Shown: positions 1-9,850, counted from the stretch's first letter. The stretch is DNA of 64,000 bases from Candidatus Omnitrophota bacterium (GCA_903843285.1 CAIMPC010000010.1:968-64967), one strand, 5' to 3'. The notes: generated from the letters alone by a model not told the origin. A program made the numbers and translations.

Positions 1-1
1 G

Positions 2-1246
2 CCGCCGATCGCTAATCCGGATCTTCCCTTTCAGATGCTCGTGACGATGCTCGACCATAATTCGTATTTTGGCCGCATCGCGATCGGGCGCATAGTTCAT
101 GGCGCTATCCATGTCGGAGATCCCGTCGCCCTTGTGAAACGCGATGGCACGATCACCACGAATAAGGTGACCAAGATAATGAAGTATAAGGGCCTGACTC
201 CCATCGAGGCGAACGATGCGATGGCGGGCGATATTATTCTAATAACCGGCATCGAGGGCGTCTCGATCGGTGAAACGCTCGCAAGTGTTGATAACCCGAA
301 GGCTCTGCCCGCCGTAAAGATCGATGAGCCGACGATATCCATGAATTTTTCCCATAACACGAGTCCGCTTGCCGGTAAAGACGGAGGTGTATTTCTGACA
401 TCACGCCATATCCGCGAATATCTCGAACATGAGGCGATGGTGAATGTCGGCATAAAGGTCGAGGAGGTTGACCGGGGCGAGAGGTTTAAGGTCTCAGGCA
501 GGGGCGAACTCCATCTCGAGATCCTTATAGAGACGATGCGGCGTAAGGGGTATGAACTGGAAGTTTCACGCCCACAGGTTATCTTAAAGAAGATGGGTGA
601 TCAGATCCTTGAACCTGTAGAGGTGGTGGTTATAGAAGTGGATAGCGCGTATCAGGGCGCGGTTATGCAGTCGCTCGGAGAGCGCAAAGCCGAGATGAAA
701 GATCTGAAGGTCATATCCTCGGGAGCCATGCGGATGGAATTTATCATTACCTCCAGGGCGCTGATAGGATTCAGGAGCGAATTTCTGTTGATTACCCGTG
801 GCACCGGCGTCATGTGCCAGAATTTTCTCGAGCACCAGATATATAAAGGCGAAATGCCGTCGCGTCAAAGAGGCGTCCAGGTCTCCAACGGCGACGGAAA
901 AGTGGTCGCGTTCGCCCTGTGGAACCTGCAGGAGCGCGGGGAGATGTTTGTCGGCCCCGGAGATATTGTATACGAGGGTATGATCGTGGGCATATATAAT
1001 AAAGGCGTCGATATAGTGGTGAATCCGCAAAAGGAAAAGAAATTAACCAACATGCGCTCTTCGAACTGCGACATGGCGATTCAGTTGGTGCCTCCGAGAA
1101 AGATCAACCTTGAATTTGCGCTCGTCTTCATTGACGACGATGAACTGGTCGAGATCACCCCTCTCAATATACGGCTAAGAAAGATGCAATTAAGAGAGAT
1201 AGATAGAACGCGTACTAACAGGAAAAGCAGAGTGGAGATCGCGTAG
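2..1246 (+). CDS. typA: GTP-binding protein TypA/BipA, C-terminal ~415 aa; 5' end lies outside the window
   Basis: ORF is open to the window start in frame 2. The translation has translational-GTPase domain II/III-like segments (RGELHLEILIETMRRKGYEL) and a BipA-type C-terminal domain. Confidence 0.8.
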   Translation, partial: PPIANPDLPFQMLVTMLDHNSYFGRIAIGRIVHGAIHVGDPVALVKRDGTITTNKVTKIMKYKGLTPIEANDAMAGDIILITGIEGVSIGETLASVDNPKALPAVKIDEPTISMNFSHNTSPLAGKDGGVFLTSRHIREYLEHEAMVNVGIKVEEVDRGERFKVSGRGELHLEILIETMRRKGYELEVSRPQVILKKMGDQILEPVEVVVIEVDSAYQGAVMQSLGERKAEMKDLKVISSGAMRMEFIITSRALIGFRSEFLLITRGTGVMCQNFLEHQIYKGEMPSRQRGVQVSNGDGKVVAFALWNLQERGEMFVGPGDIVYEGMIVGIYNKGVDIVVNPQKEKKLTNMRSSNCDMAIQLVPPRKINLEFALVFIDDDELVEITPLNIRLRKMQLREIDRTRTNRKSRVEIA

Positions 1247-1269
1247 TAGACCGTGATTTAGTTAAACAT

Positions 1270-1509
1270 ATGACCAGCGATATAAAAAGAGACCTCGGCG
1301 AACAGCCAATAGCGAAGATCATAGCTATCCACGGATTAAAGGCCTCAGACTTAGTGGCGAGCTCGACCAGGCAAATCACCTATAAGATGATAAGCCGTGC
1401 AGTTAAGGGCAGACGGTTGACACCGAATGTCCAATCCAAGATTCTTAATGCCCTTAATAATGCTGTCGGCAAACAGTACCGGATTCAGGATATTTTTAAC
1501 TACAAATAA
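1270..1509 (+). CDS. hypothetical small protein (79 aa)
   Basis: Intact ORF in an intergenic slot, co-oriented with neighbours. No recognisable motif. Confidence 0.4.
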   Translation: MTSDIKRDLGEQPIAKIIAIHGLKASDLVASSTRQITYKMISRAVKGRRLTPNVQSKILNALNNAVGKQYRIQDIFNYK

Positions 1510-1518
1510 AAGGAACAT

Positions 1519-3147
1519 ATGCCTTTAGTAAGTTTGCAGGAGATCACGCTTGCGTTCGGCGGGCCCAGCCTATTCGACCGGTTGAGTCTTCAGGTGGAGC
1601 CGAATGAGAGAATAGCGCTACTCGGCCGTAATGGCGCGGGTAAGACTACTCTGATGAAGGTCATCTCCGGAGCGCTCGGCGTAGATGAAGGCATAGTCTA
1701 TGTCCAGAAGGGGATGAGGGTAGCTTATCTTCCCCAGGAAGTGCCGCTCGATATTAAAGGAAACGTATTTGATATCGTCCTGTCGGGACTCGGCACTCGC
1801 GCTAAGCTATTAAGCGATTACCATCATGTTGCGAAGCTTCTCCAGACAGAACACACACCTGAATTAATGCGAAAGCTCGACGTTCTTCAGTCGGAGCTCG
1901 ACCATACGGGCGGTTGGGATATGAGCCACGAAGTAGATAATGTCATCACGCGCATGAAGCTCGATCCGGATCTGGACTTCGCGACTTTATCCGGCGGACA
2001 GAAGCGGCGCGTTCTGCTTGCGCGGGCGCTTGTCCTGAAACCCGAGCTTCTCCTTCTCGACGAACCTACGAACCATCTGGATGTCGATTCGATGATCTGG
2101 CTCGAGGGATTTTTAAAGGATTATCCGGGAGCCGTATTTTTCGTTACGCATGATAGGGTCTTTATGTCCCATCTGGCGACCAGGATCGTTGAACTTGATC
2201 GAGGCAAGATCTGCAGTTGGGCGTGCGACTATAAGACGTTTCTGGAGCGCCGACAGGCGATGCTCGATAATGAGGCCTCCGCAAGAGAAGAATTTGAAAA
2301 GAAATTGGCTCAGGAGGAGATCTGGATAAGAAGGGGCGTCGAGGCCAGACGCTGTCGGAGCGAAGGCCGGGTCAAGGCCCTGGAGCGTTTACGCGAAGAA
2401 AAGAAGGCTCAGCGCCAGGAGGTCGGCCAGGTCAGAATGCATGCGCAGAAAGCGGCTATCTCAGGGCACCAGGTAATAAAGGCGATCGGATTGAGTTTTA
2501 GTTACGGAGATAATTGCCTCGTAGACGATTATTCTACTCAGATCATGCGTGGAGACAAAATAGGTGTGATAGGGCCGAACGGTAGCGGTAAGACGACATT
2601 GTTGAAGTTACTCCTGGGATCTCTCACCCCACAAAAAGGCAAAGTGAAGCTGGGGACTAATCTGGAGATTGCATACTATGACCAGCTTCGCGAACAACTG
2701 GATGAGGGCCTGACGGTCGCGCAAAATATATGCGGGGGAAGCGACACTATTACTATAAATGGTCAACCCAGGCACATAATCGGTTACCTTCAGGAGTTTC
2801 TGTTTTCCCCGAGCCGCGCCAGGACACCGGTCAAAGTTCTCTCGGGAGGCGAGCGTAATCGTCTCTTACTTGCCCGGCTCTTTACTAAACCGTCCAATGT
2901 GCTCGTGATGGACGAACCAACTAACGACCTGGACATAGAGACCCTGGAACTCCTGGAGGAGCTACTGCTGACATATCAGGGGACGCTTCTTCTGGTTAGT
3001 CACGATAGGGCGTTTCTTAATAATGTCGTGACCTCCACAATAGTCCTGGAGGGTGATGGTATAATTAATGAATATCCGGGCGGCTATGATGACTGGATAC
3101 GACAGCGCCCGACAAGAGTTCTGCCGGTAAAGTTTAAAGCGAGATAA
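1519..3147 (+). CDS. ABC-F family ATPase (Uup/YheS-like, two ABC domains, no TMD)
   Basis: Two Walker A motifs (GRNGAGKTT, GPNGSGKTT), two LSGG signatures (LSGGQKRR, LSGGERNR), and a Lys/Glu/Arg-rich inter-domain linker typical of ABC-F. AGGAAC RBS lies upstream. Confidence 0.85.
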   Translation: MPLVSLQEITLAFGGPSLFDRLSLQVEPNERIALLGRNGAGKTTLMKVISGALGVDEGIVYVQKGMRVAYLPQEVPLDIKGNVFDIVLSGLGTRAKLLSDYHHVAKLLQTEHTPELMRKLDVLQSELDHTGGWDMSHEVDNVITRMKLDPDLDFATLSGGQKRRVLLARALVLKPELLLLDEPTNHLDVDSMIWLEGFLKDYPGAVFFVTHDRVFMSHLATRIVELDRGKICSWACDYKTFLERRQAMLDNEASAREEFEKKLAQEEIWIRRGVEARRCRSEGRVKALERLREEKKAQRQEVGQVRMHAQKAAISGHQVIKAIGLSFSYGDNCLVDDYSTQIMRGDKIGVIGPNGSGKTTLLKLLLGSLTPQKGKVKLGTNLEIAYYDQLREQLDEGLTVAQNICGGSDTITINGQPRHIIGYLQEFLFSPSRARTPVKVLSGGERNRLLLARLFTKPSNVLVMDEPTNDLDIETLELLEELLLTYQGTLLLVSHDRAFLNNVVTSTIVLEGDGIINEYPGGYDDWIRQRPTRVLPVKFKAR

Positions 3148-3199
3148 TAAGGACGGGTGCAATGCGTAACGACAATAAAATTATAGGAATATAAGAACA

Positions 3200-4042
3200 A
3201 TGGCCGCTGTTTTTATGTCGGGATTTGTCGCTATCCGGGATCCGGATGATGCTCGCTTATCGCCGTACCGGTCCCTTAAGGGAAAAGAGCTGGAAAGAGA
3301 CGGTATCTTCATAGCCGAGGGAGAGAAGGTAGTCAGGAGCATAGCAGAAAGCGGATGCCGTATAGCTTCGTGCCTGACTGCCGGCGGCGCTGTCGCCAGA
3401 TATAAATCCCTCCTTAAAATAATGGTGAAAAAGGGAGCTACAATCTACGTTGCCCCCGATGAGTTGATAGAGGAGATTATAGGTTTTCGTTTTCATAGGG
3501 GGATCATGGCCGTAGGGCATTGTCCCAAAAAACTTTCGGTCTCTGAAGCTCTGAAAACGTCCGGGCGACCGCTATTTATAGCCGCGCTTAATGCCATTAA
3601 TGATCCGCAAAACGTAGGCTTAATAGTGCGTAGCGCCGTGGCATTCGGTGTCCAGGCGCTTATAATCGATAATGCCACATATGACCCGTATTATCGAAAA
3701 GCTGTCCGCGTCTCTATGGGTACGATATTTGAACTGCCTGTCTGCTATGAAGACGATCTCGCCTCGAGCCTCGTCGGGATCAGGAAAAAATATGGAACAC
3801 GCATTATTGCCGCCACTCTCGGGAGAGGCGCGGGTGATATAGCTGATGTCGAACTCTCCGGTGATATCTGTTTTGTTTTTGGCAATGAAGATAAAGGTGT
3901 ATCACGTAAAGTGTTAAGTATCGCTGATTCCAAAGTTCGCATACCGATCTCGAGGACCGTAGATTCATTAAATGTTGCAAGCGCCAGCGCTATTTGTCTT
4001 TATGAAGCGTCGCGCTATAGATCTCCGCTAAAGTCAGGATAA
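3200..4042 (+). CDS. SpoU/TrmH-family RNA 2'-O-methyltransferase (SPOUT class)
   Basis: C-terminal SPOUT motifs: NDPQNVGLIVRSA, VFGNEDKGVS, IPISRTVDSLNVASASAICLYE. Has an N-terminal ~100 aa extension. Confidence 0.8.
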   Translation: MAAVFMSGFVAIRDPDDARLSPYRSLKGKELERDGIFIAEGEKVVRSIAESGCRIASCLTAGGAVARYKSLLKIMVKKGATIYVAPDELIEEIIGFRFHRGIMAVGHCPKKLSVSEALKTSGRPLFIAALNAINDPQNVGLIVRSAVAFGVQALIIDNATYDPYYRKAVRVSMGTIFELPVCYEDDLASSLVGIRKKYGTRIIAATLGRGAGDIADVELSGDICFVFGNEDKGVSRKVLSIADSKVRIPISRTVDSLNVASASAICLYEASRYRSPLKSG

Positions 4043-4044
4043 CC

Positions 4045-5541
4045 ATGATATCTGTAAAGAACGTGACTAAACAATATGCCGGCCGAGAGCTATTCTCCGA
4101 TGTGAGTTTCGATGTCCTCGCCGGTGAAAAGATCGGACTCGTGGGCCGTAACGGCCACGGGAAGACCACGCTCTTTAGAATTATTACCGGCGAAGAAGAG
4201 CCCGATGAAGGCAAGATTTTTCAGCCGAACAATTATTCCATAGGATATCTCGGCCAGCATCTTAAATTTACCAAGCCCACCGTACTGGAGGAGGGGTGCC
4301 AAGGGTTGGGCCCGGACGAGATAGGCTCCGAATGGAAGGTGGAGAAAGTCCTGTCCGGATTGGGTTTCCGCGAAGAAGATTTTAATCGTAACCCTTCGGA
4401 ATTTTCCGGAGGGTTTCAGATGCGCATTGCTCTAACTAAGACTCTGGTATCCGAACCCAACATGCTCCTCCTGGATGAGCCTACAAACTTCCTCGATATA
4501 GTATCGATACGCTGGCTCGAGAAGTTCCTGCGATCGTGGAAGCAAGAGCTGATCGTTATAAGCCACGACAGGGATCTCGTCGATAGCGTTACTACACATA
4601 TCGTAGGCATACACCGCGGGACTGTAAGGAAGATAAAAGGACCGACCGCTAAATATTACTCCCAGCTCCATGCGGACGAGGAGCTGTATGAGAAACAACG
4701 TGTACAGGATGAGAAGAAGCGTAAAGAGGTTATGGAGTATGTGAACACATTCCGCTCGAAGGCAAGCCATGCCAAAGGCGTCCAGTCGAGCATTAAGAAG
4801 CTCGAAAAGATGGGGAAGCTGGACAAGCTCGAAAATATTCGAACGCTTTCATTCTCATTTAATTATGAGCAGTTTCGCGCTCAGCAGATCATGGATGTGA
4901 ATGACCTCACTTTCTCATACGATGGCAAAGAACCCTACCTGATCAATGGCCTGAATTTTACCGTAAATAGACACGACAAGATCTGCGTTGTAGGTAAGAA
5001 CGGTAAAGGCAAGACCACATTATTGAAGTTACTTTCCGGCCATCTTAAGCCTGTAAGCGGCAGTGTTAAGATTCACCCTGCGGCGGTTCCGGATTATTAC
5101 GAACAGGCAAATACAGCCGATCTTAATGATGAGCTTACCGTGGAAGAGGAGATATCCCGGGGATGCGCTTATATTGATAAATCTCGCGTGCGCGGTATAT
5201 GCGGGGCGATGATGTTCTCGGGAGATGATGCCGAGAAGAAGATTAAGGTCCTTTCCGGAGGCGAGCGCAGTCGCGTCCTTCTGGGGAAGCTTCTCGTAGC
5301 GCCGTCCAACATCCTTTTCCTGGATGAGCCGACACACCATCTGGACATTGAATCCTGTCAGGCGATGATGGATGCCGTAAGAGATTTCGAGGGCGCGGCC
5401 CTCGTGGTAGCGCATGACGAACATTTTCTGCGCGAAGTGGCGACGAAGCTCATCGTGTTTAAGAGCGGCAGAGTCTTTCTATATTCGGGTAATTATCAGG
5501 AATTCCTGGACAACATCGGATGGGAAGAAGACGAAGAATAA
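4045..5541 (+). CDS. ABC-F family ATPase (498 aa, tandem ABC domains)
   Basis: Walker A GRNGHGKTT and GKNGKGKTT, LSGGERSR signature, charged linker (EELYEKQRVQDEKKRKE). No transmembrane segments. Confidence 0.85.
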   Translation: MISVKNVTKQYAGRELFSDVSFDVLAGEKIGLVGRNGHGKTTLFRIITGEEEPDEGKIFQPNNYSIGYLGQHLKFTKPTVLEEGCQGLGPDEIGSEWKVEKVLSGLGFREEDFNRNPSEFSGGFQMRIALTKTLVSEPNMLLLDEPTNFLDIVSIRWLEKFLRSWKQELIVISHDRDLVDSVTTHIVGIHRGTVRKIKGPTAKYYSQLHADEELYEKQRVQDEKKRKEVMEYVNTFRSKASHAKGVQSSIKKLEKMGKLDKLENIRTLSFSFNYEQFRAQQIMDVNDLTFSYDGKEPYLINGLNFTVNRHDKICVVGKNGKGKTTLLKLLSGHLKPVSGSVKIHPAAVPDYYEQANTADLNDELTVEEEISRGCAYIDKSRVRGICGAMMFSGDDAEKKIKVLSGGERSRVLLGKLLVAPSNILFLDEPTHHLDIESCQAMMDAVRDFEGAALVVAHDEHFLREVATKLIVFKSGRVFLYSGNYQEFLDNIGWEEDEE

Positions 5542-5641
5542 CAAAATAGTAGCTAATTTCACATATCTCTGATATACTGCTACACGAACAAAAACTCTTC
5601 AACAGGCTTGGAGCTTGAGTGAAGACCGAAAAAGGAGTAAC

Positions 5642-5797
5642 ATGGGATATCAAGGTGGTGGGTTTAGCAGCGGGCCAAGAGAGATGCATAAGGCTACCTG
5701 CGCGGAGTGCAAGAAAGAATGCGAAGTACCTTTCAAGCCCAGAGAGGATCGTCCGGTGTATTGCAAGGACTGTTTCTCAAAACGCAAAGACAGATAA
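5642..5797 (+). CDS. small CxxC-x17-CxxC zinc-ribbon protein with Gly-rich N-terminus (51 aa)
   Basis: MGYQGGGFSSGPREMHKATCAECKKECEVPFKPREDRPVYCKDCF. GGAG RBS 8 nt upstream of this ATG. The ORF-track start at 5615 is probably too far upstream. Confidence 0.7.
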   Translation: MGYQGGGFSSGPREMHKATCAECKKECEVPFKPREDRPVYCKDCFSKRKDR

Positions 5798-5828
5798 CCG
5801 ACGTTAAATAATCGAGTTACCGATAGTT

Positions 5829-5874
5829 GAATGGGGACGTAGACAATAGTTTGCACGTCCCCATTCTCTTTTTA
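5829..5874 (+). terminator. rho-independent terminator
   Basis: Perfect 12-bp stem GAATGGGGACGT / ACGTCCCCATTC with a 14-nt loop, followed by TCTTTTT. Lies 30 nt after the stop of the zinc-ribbon gene. Confidence 0.75.
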
Positions 5875-5942
5875 ACATCAAATATTCACATCCGAAATCC
5901 TATGGCCCACATCTATCGAAGTGATTACAATAAAAAGGAAAT

Positions 5943-7382
5943 ATGAAATATAAACATGCTCTATTTTTAAACCCTTATATCGAAAACACAGCGACAAGCG
6001 TCATGGGGTTATTTCCGCCCACAGGCCTTGAGTATGTGGCCACCAGCGCCGAAGGCTTCGTGGATAAAATAACGCTTCTCGACCTGCGATATGAAACGGA
6101 TCTGCGCGATACCGGAAAACTGATCGATTTTATACTTAAGGAGATCGACATCATATGTGTCAGCGTAGGATGGGATCGCCAGTATGAAGAGATTTGTAAA
6201 TTATTGAACCTACTACCGGATAACATACCTTTAGTGGTGGGCGGATATAAAGCTACGGTGGAAGTCGATGAGCTATTTCGCGCGGTGCCAAAAATAGATA
6301 TTATCATCAGGGGAGAGGGTGAAGAGACGATAAAAGAGGTATTAAAAGGTGTGCCGTATGAAAATATTCTGGGCATCTCATACCGAAACGGCCGGGAGAT
6401 AATCCATAATGCCAATAGGCCGTTACCCGATGTAGATGTCATAGGCTCACCGGATCGGTCCTTAAGGAGAAATAAGTATTTCATGAGGGTAAACGGTATC
6501 GGCGTGGCAGACCTGACGTTCGATTCGGTCTTAAGCGCCAGAGGCTGTCCTTTTAACTGCAAATTTTGCACGTTTAATTTAAATCCGCTGGGCCAAAAGA
6601 GGGATTATGCGGCGCGTGGCGTAGAATCCGTCGTAACCGAGATAGGCCAGATCCGTGCCAACACCATATTGTTTAGTGACGACAACTTTTTTACGGACGT
6701 AAAACGATCGGAAGAGATTTGCGACCTGATAATCGCGCGCAAAATAAAAAAGCGCTTCCTGGCGCAGGCTCGTATCGACATTGCCAAGCACCCGAGGCTT
6801 CTGGAGAAAATGGTGAAGGCGGGATTTAAGATGCTATTCATCGGCATAGAATCTCCGCATGACCGCATACTGGCCGAACTCAATAAGGGTTTTGATTCGG
6901 CTGAGATAAGAAAATGTTTTGCTGTATTGAATAGATACCCCATCTATTGTCACGGCTATTTTATTTACGGTAACATCGGCGAGGTCGAAAGCGAAATGCT
7001 ATATATAGCGAAGTTCGCAAAAGAGATAGGCGTCGATTCCATAACGTTCCAGAAGCTAAGGATAGAGAAATTCTCGCCGCTCAGAAAGATCGCTGAAAAT
7101 ACGCCCGGTTATCACGTTACTTCCAGGGGCGAACTTTATTCGGATACCTATAGCCATGCGGCTCTTAAAAAAATAGGCAGACAGATCAAATTTTCATTCT
7201 ATACACCGCTTCAGATAGTAAAAATACTCAGGAAATTCGCCGTAGTGAGGTTCTTTACCATTAAAGAGATCTTCGTATTCATGATGGCCGGACCGAGCCT
7301 GTTATGGAGTGTATTGGCGCGGGAGGTGAAGAAAAAACGTCTTGGCGACTCTCTGAAGCGCATATTTGTAAAAAATGCGTAA
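5943..7382 (+). CDS. B12-binding domain radical SAM protein
   Basis: Rossmann-like cobalamin-binding N-domain (IICVSVGWDRQ...PLVVGGYKAT) followed by a radical SAM CxxxCxxC motif (RGCPFNCKFCTF). Confidence 0.8.
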   Translation: MKYKHALFLNPYIENTATSVMGLFPPTGLEYVATSAEGFVDKITLLDLRYETDLRDTGKLIDFILKEIDIICVSVGWDRQYEEICKLLNLLPDNIPLVVGGYKATVEVDELFRAVPKIDIIIRGEGEETIKEVLKGVPYENILGISYRNGREIIHNANRPLPDVDVIGSPDRSLRRNKYFMRVNGIGVADLTFDSVLSARGCPFNCKFCTFNLNPLGQKRDYAARGVESVVTEIGQIRANTILFSDDNFFTDVKRSEEICDLIIARKIKKRFLAQARIDIAKHPRLLEKMVKAGFKMLFIGIESPHDRILAELNKGFDSAEIRKCFAVLNRYPIYCHGYFIYGNIGEVESEMLYIAKFAKEIGVDSITFQKLRIEKFSPLRKIAENTPGYHVTSRGELYSDTYSHAALKKIGRQIKFSFYTPLQIVKILRKFAVVRFFTIKEIFVFMMAGPSLLWSVLAREVKKKRLGDSLKRIFVKNA

Positions 7383-7461
7383 GAATTTTAGTGCCTGTCA
7401 GTAGCGCACTGGAAAAGCAAGAAGTAATCGACTACGACAAAAAATAAAAGAGGAGGCGGAT

Positions 7462-8337
7462 ATGATGATTTTGGCTTTAGCAGTTGCGATTGCAGCGTTT
7501 ATGTTTCTTATGGGTATCAGGATCGTGCGTCCGACGCACAGGGGTTTGATCGAAAGGTTTGGAAAGTATAATCGCTTTGCTAACCCGGGATTTAACTGGG
7601 TCCTCCCGGTAGTCGAAAACCTGTATCAGATTAACATCACTGAGCAGATGGTGGATGCCGAACCGCAGGAAATTATTACGAATGATAACCTAAACGCCAA
7701 AGTGGACGCGCAGGTCTATTTCAAAGTAAAAGCGACCGAGACCGATGTCAAGAGCACACAGTATAATGTAAATAATTATCAGTGGCAGATTGTGAATTTG
7801 GCGCGCACTACCCTAAGAAATATTATCGGCACCCTGACATTAAAATCCGCCAATAGTGAAAGAGGCAAGATTAATGCGGAATTGCATAAAACGCTTTGTG
7901 AAGAGACAGCCAGCTGGGGGCTAGAGATTGTGAGGACTGAGTTAAAAGAGATCGATCCTCCGAAAGACGTGCAGGAGACGATGAATAAGGTGGTGAAGGC
8001 TGAAAATGAGAAGATCGCGGCCATCGATTATGCTACGGCGACAGAGACCGTTGCCGACGGTCAAAAGAGAGCGGAGATTAAAAAGGCCGAAGGTATAAAA
8101 CAGGCGCGCATTCTGGAAGCAGAGGGCGAATCGGCGGCGATAAAATTAGTTAATCAGGCGGCGGAGGAGTATTTTGTAGGCAATGCGCAGGTACTGCGCA
8201 AGCTGGAGGCAGTGGAGAAGTGCTTACAGAATAATGCGAAGATTGTGATTCCGGCAAATACTGAGCTGGTAAACGTAATCGGTGAAATGGCCGGTTTTTT
8301 ACCTATAAAAAATAAGGAAGACAAGCAGGCGAAGTAG
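7462..8337 (+). CDS. SPFH/band-7 (stomatin/prohibitin-like) membrane protein
   Basis: N-terminal TM helix, then SPFH core (IVRPTHRGLIERFGKY...PQEIITNDNLNAKVDAQVYFKV) and a coiled-coil Ala/Glu-rich C-terminus. Strong AGAGGAGG RBS. Confidence 0.85.
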   Translation: MMILALAVAIAAFMFLMGIRIVRPTHRGLIERFGKYNRFANPGFNWVLPVVENLYQINITEQMVDAEPQEIITNDNLNAKVDAQVYFKVKATETDVKSTQYNVNNYQWQIVNLARTTLRNIIGTLTLKSANSERGKINAELHKTLCEETASWGLEIVRTELKEIDPPKDVQETMNKVVKAENEKIAAIDYATATETVADGQKRAEIKKAEGIKQARILEAEGESAAIKLVNQAAEEYFVGNAQVLRKLEAVEKCLQNNAKIVIPANTELVNVIGEMAGFLPIKNKEDKQAK

Positions 8338-8381
8338 GTAATGTAATTTGCATTTTGCTATAGTTCCATAGCGAGGATTTT

Positions 8382-9554
8382 ATGATACGAAAGACAATGT
8401 TTTTACTCATCGCTGTCATTTCGATAGTATATTCTGACTCCTGGGCTATTTCCTGGCAGAACGATATGACGCTTGCAATCGAAAAGGCTAAGAGCGAAGG
8501 TAAACCGGTAATGGCCGACTTCTACACCTCCTGGTGCGGATGGTGTAAAAAACTCGATAAAGATGTTTACGAAGACCCCGAGGTGAATACGCTCTCCGAA
8601 AGGTTTGTATGCGTGAAAGTGGATTGCGGCATACATAAGGACGCATCCATTAAATATGGGGTAAGAGGATACCCTACGATCGTATTCTTTAATTCCGACG
8701 GTGGTGTAGAGGAAACAGTTGTCGGGTATAGAGGGGCGCAGGCTTTTGCTGAAATCATGAAAAAAGTTATTTACAAGATTCCGAAGCCGGAAATCAGGCA
8801 GGTTCAGTCTGCCAATGAGCCTGTTATTAAGAAGCATATCACCGAAGGCGAATTTGAGCTTACGGGCATAATGGGCTCTAAGGCTATCATAAATGACGTA
8901 ACGGTATCGGTTGGAGATAACATTAATGGCGCGAAGATCATTGAAATTACCAGCGAGCGCGTTAGGCTGTTGTATAAAGATAAAGAGATCACATTGAGTT
9001 TAGCTGGATCATCAGGCACCGACTCGCACCGTTCCATGGATATCGTAGCGCGGGAGGCCGCATCTTATGATGATCGTGAAAAACGTTTTAAGGGATATAG
9101 TGAGTGGATAAAAGAGACTGCCGGTAACAAGTCTAAAGTTAACGAAAAAGGCGAGGTTGCTATAAAGCGTGACCCGCAATCGCATAGCGTCCTTGTCGAA
9201 GCCGTTTTAAATGATGGGACAAAGGCAATCCTTATTGTCGATACGGGTGCCGATATGGTAGTATTATCAAAGAGGATCGGAGAAAAGTTAGGCGTCGATG
9301 TATCTACGGACACGGGTAATGACATTGCCGAGATGCGCCTTGCCGGAGGAAAATCGGCCAAGGTAAGGATGACGATTCTAAAGAGGGTGAGCATTGAGGC
9401 TGTAGAGGAGAAAGACGTGAAGGCGGCCGTGTTACTCGAAGATGAAGACGGAAGCGGGTTTAAAGATGGTCTCCTGGGAAGATCTTTTTTAAACAGGTAT
9501 AATATCAGTATAGACTTACAAAAAATGAAGATGCTGATGGAGAAGATAAAGTAG
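8382..9554 (+). CDS. secreted thioredoxin-like domain fused to retropepsin-like (clan AA) aspartic protease
   Basis: Signal peptide, then a thioredoxin fold with WCGWC. C-terminal region has ILIVDTGADMVVLS and LLGRSFL, typical of bacterial retropepsin-like proteases. Confidence 0.7.
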   Translation: MIRKTMFLLIAVISIVYSDSWAISWQNDMTLAIEKAKSEGKPVMADFYTSWCGWCKKLDKDVYEDPEVNTLSERFVCVKVDCGIHKDASIKYGVRGYPTIVFFNSDGGVEETVVGYRGAQAFAEIMKKVIYKIPKPEIRQVQSANEPVIKKHITEGEFELTGIMGSKAIINDVTVSVGDNINGAKIIEITSERVRLLYKDKEITLSLAGSSGTDSHRSMDIVAREAASYDDREKRFKGYSEWIKETAGNKSKVNEKGEVAIKRDPQSHSVLVEAVLNDGTKAILIVDTGADMVVLSKRIGEKLGVDVSTDTGNDIAEMRLAGGKSAKVRMTILKRVSIEAVEEKDVKAAVLLEDEDGSGFKDGLLGRSFLNRYNISIDLQKMKMLMEKIK

Positions 9555-9595
9555 TCACTCGTATCCGGGATAGAGCGCGAGGTATCGACTGAACA

Positions 9596-9838
9596 ATGGG
9601 GGGGGCTCACGTGAATAAAGCGCGATTATTTAAGGTAGTGAATGCAGCACTTATATTATCGGCCATCGTACAATTTACGACAGTAGTTATGATCATGGCG
9701 CATATAAAAACACCTAACGCGCGTATGGTTTTCGAAATCCATGAACATAACGGCATTGTTATGTGTGTGCTCATCATGATGCACGTCATGCTTAATTGGG
9801 GATGGATCAAGGCGAATTTCTTAAAGGTACATAAATAA
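9596..9838 (+). CDS. small membrane protein, DUF4405-like (80 aa)
   Basis: Two hydrophobic helices with a His-rich segment and LNWGWI, resembling DUF4405. Weak call. Confidence 0.4.
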   Translation: MGGAHVNKARLFKVVNAALILSAIVQFTTVVMIMAHIKTPNARMVFEIHEHNGIVMCVLIMMHVMLNWGWIKANFLKVHK

Positions 9839-9850
9839 GGGATAGAGATC

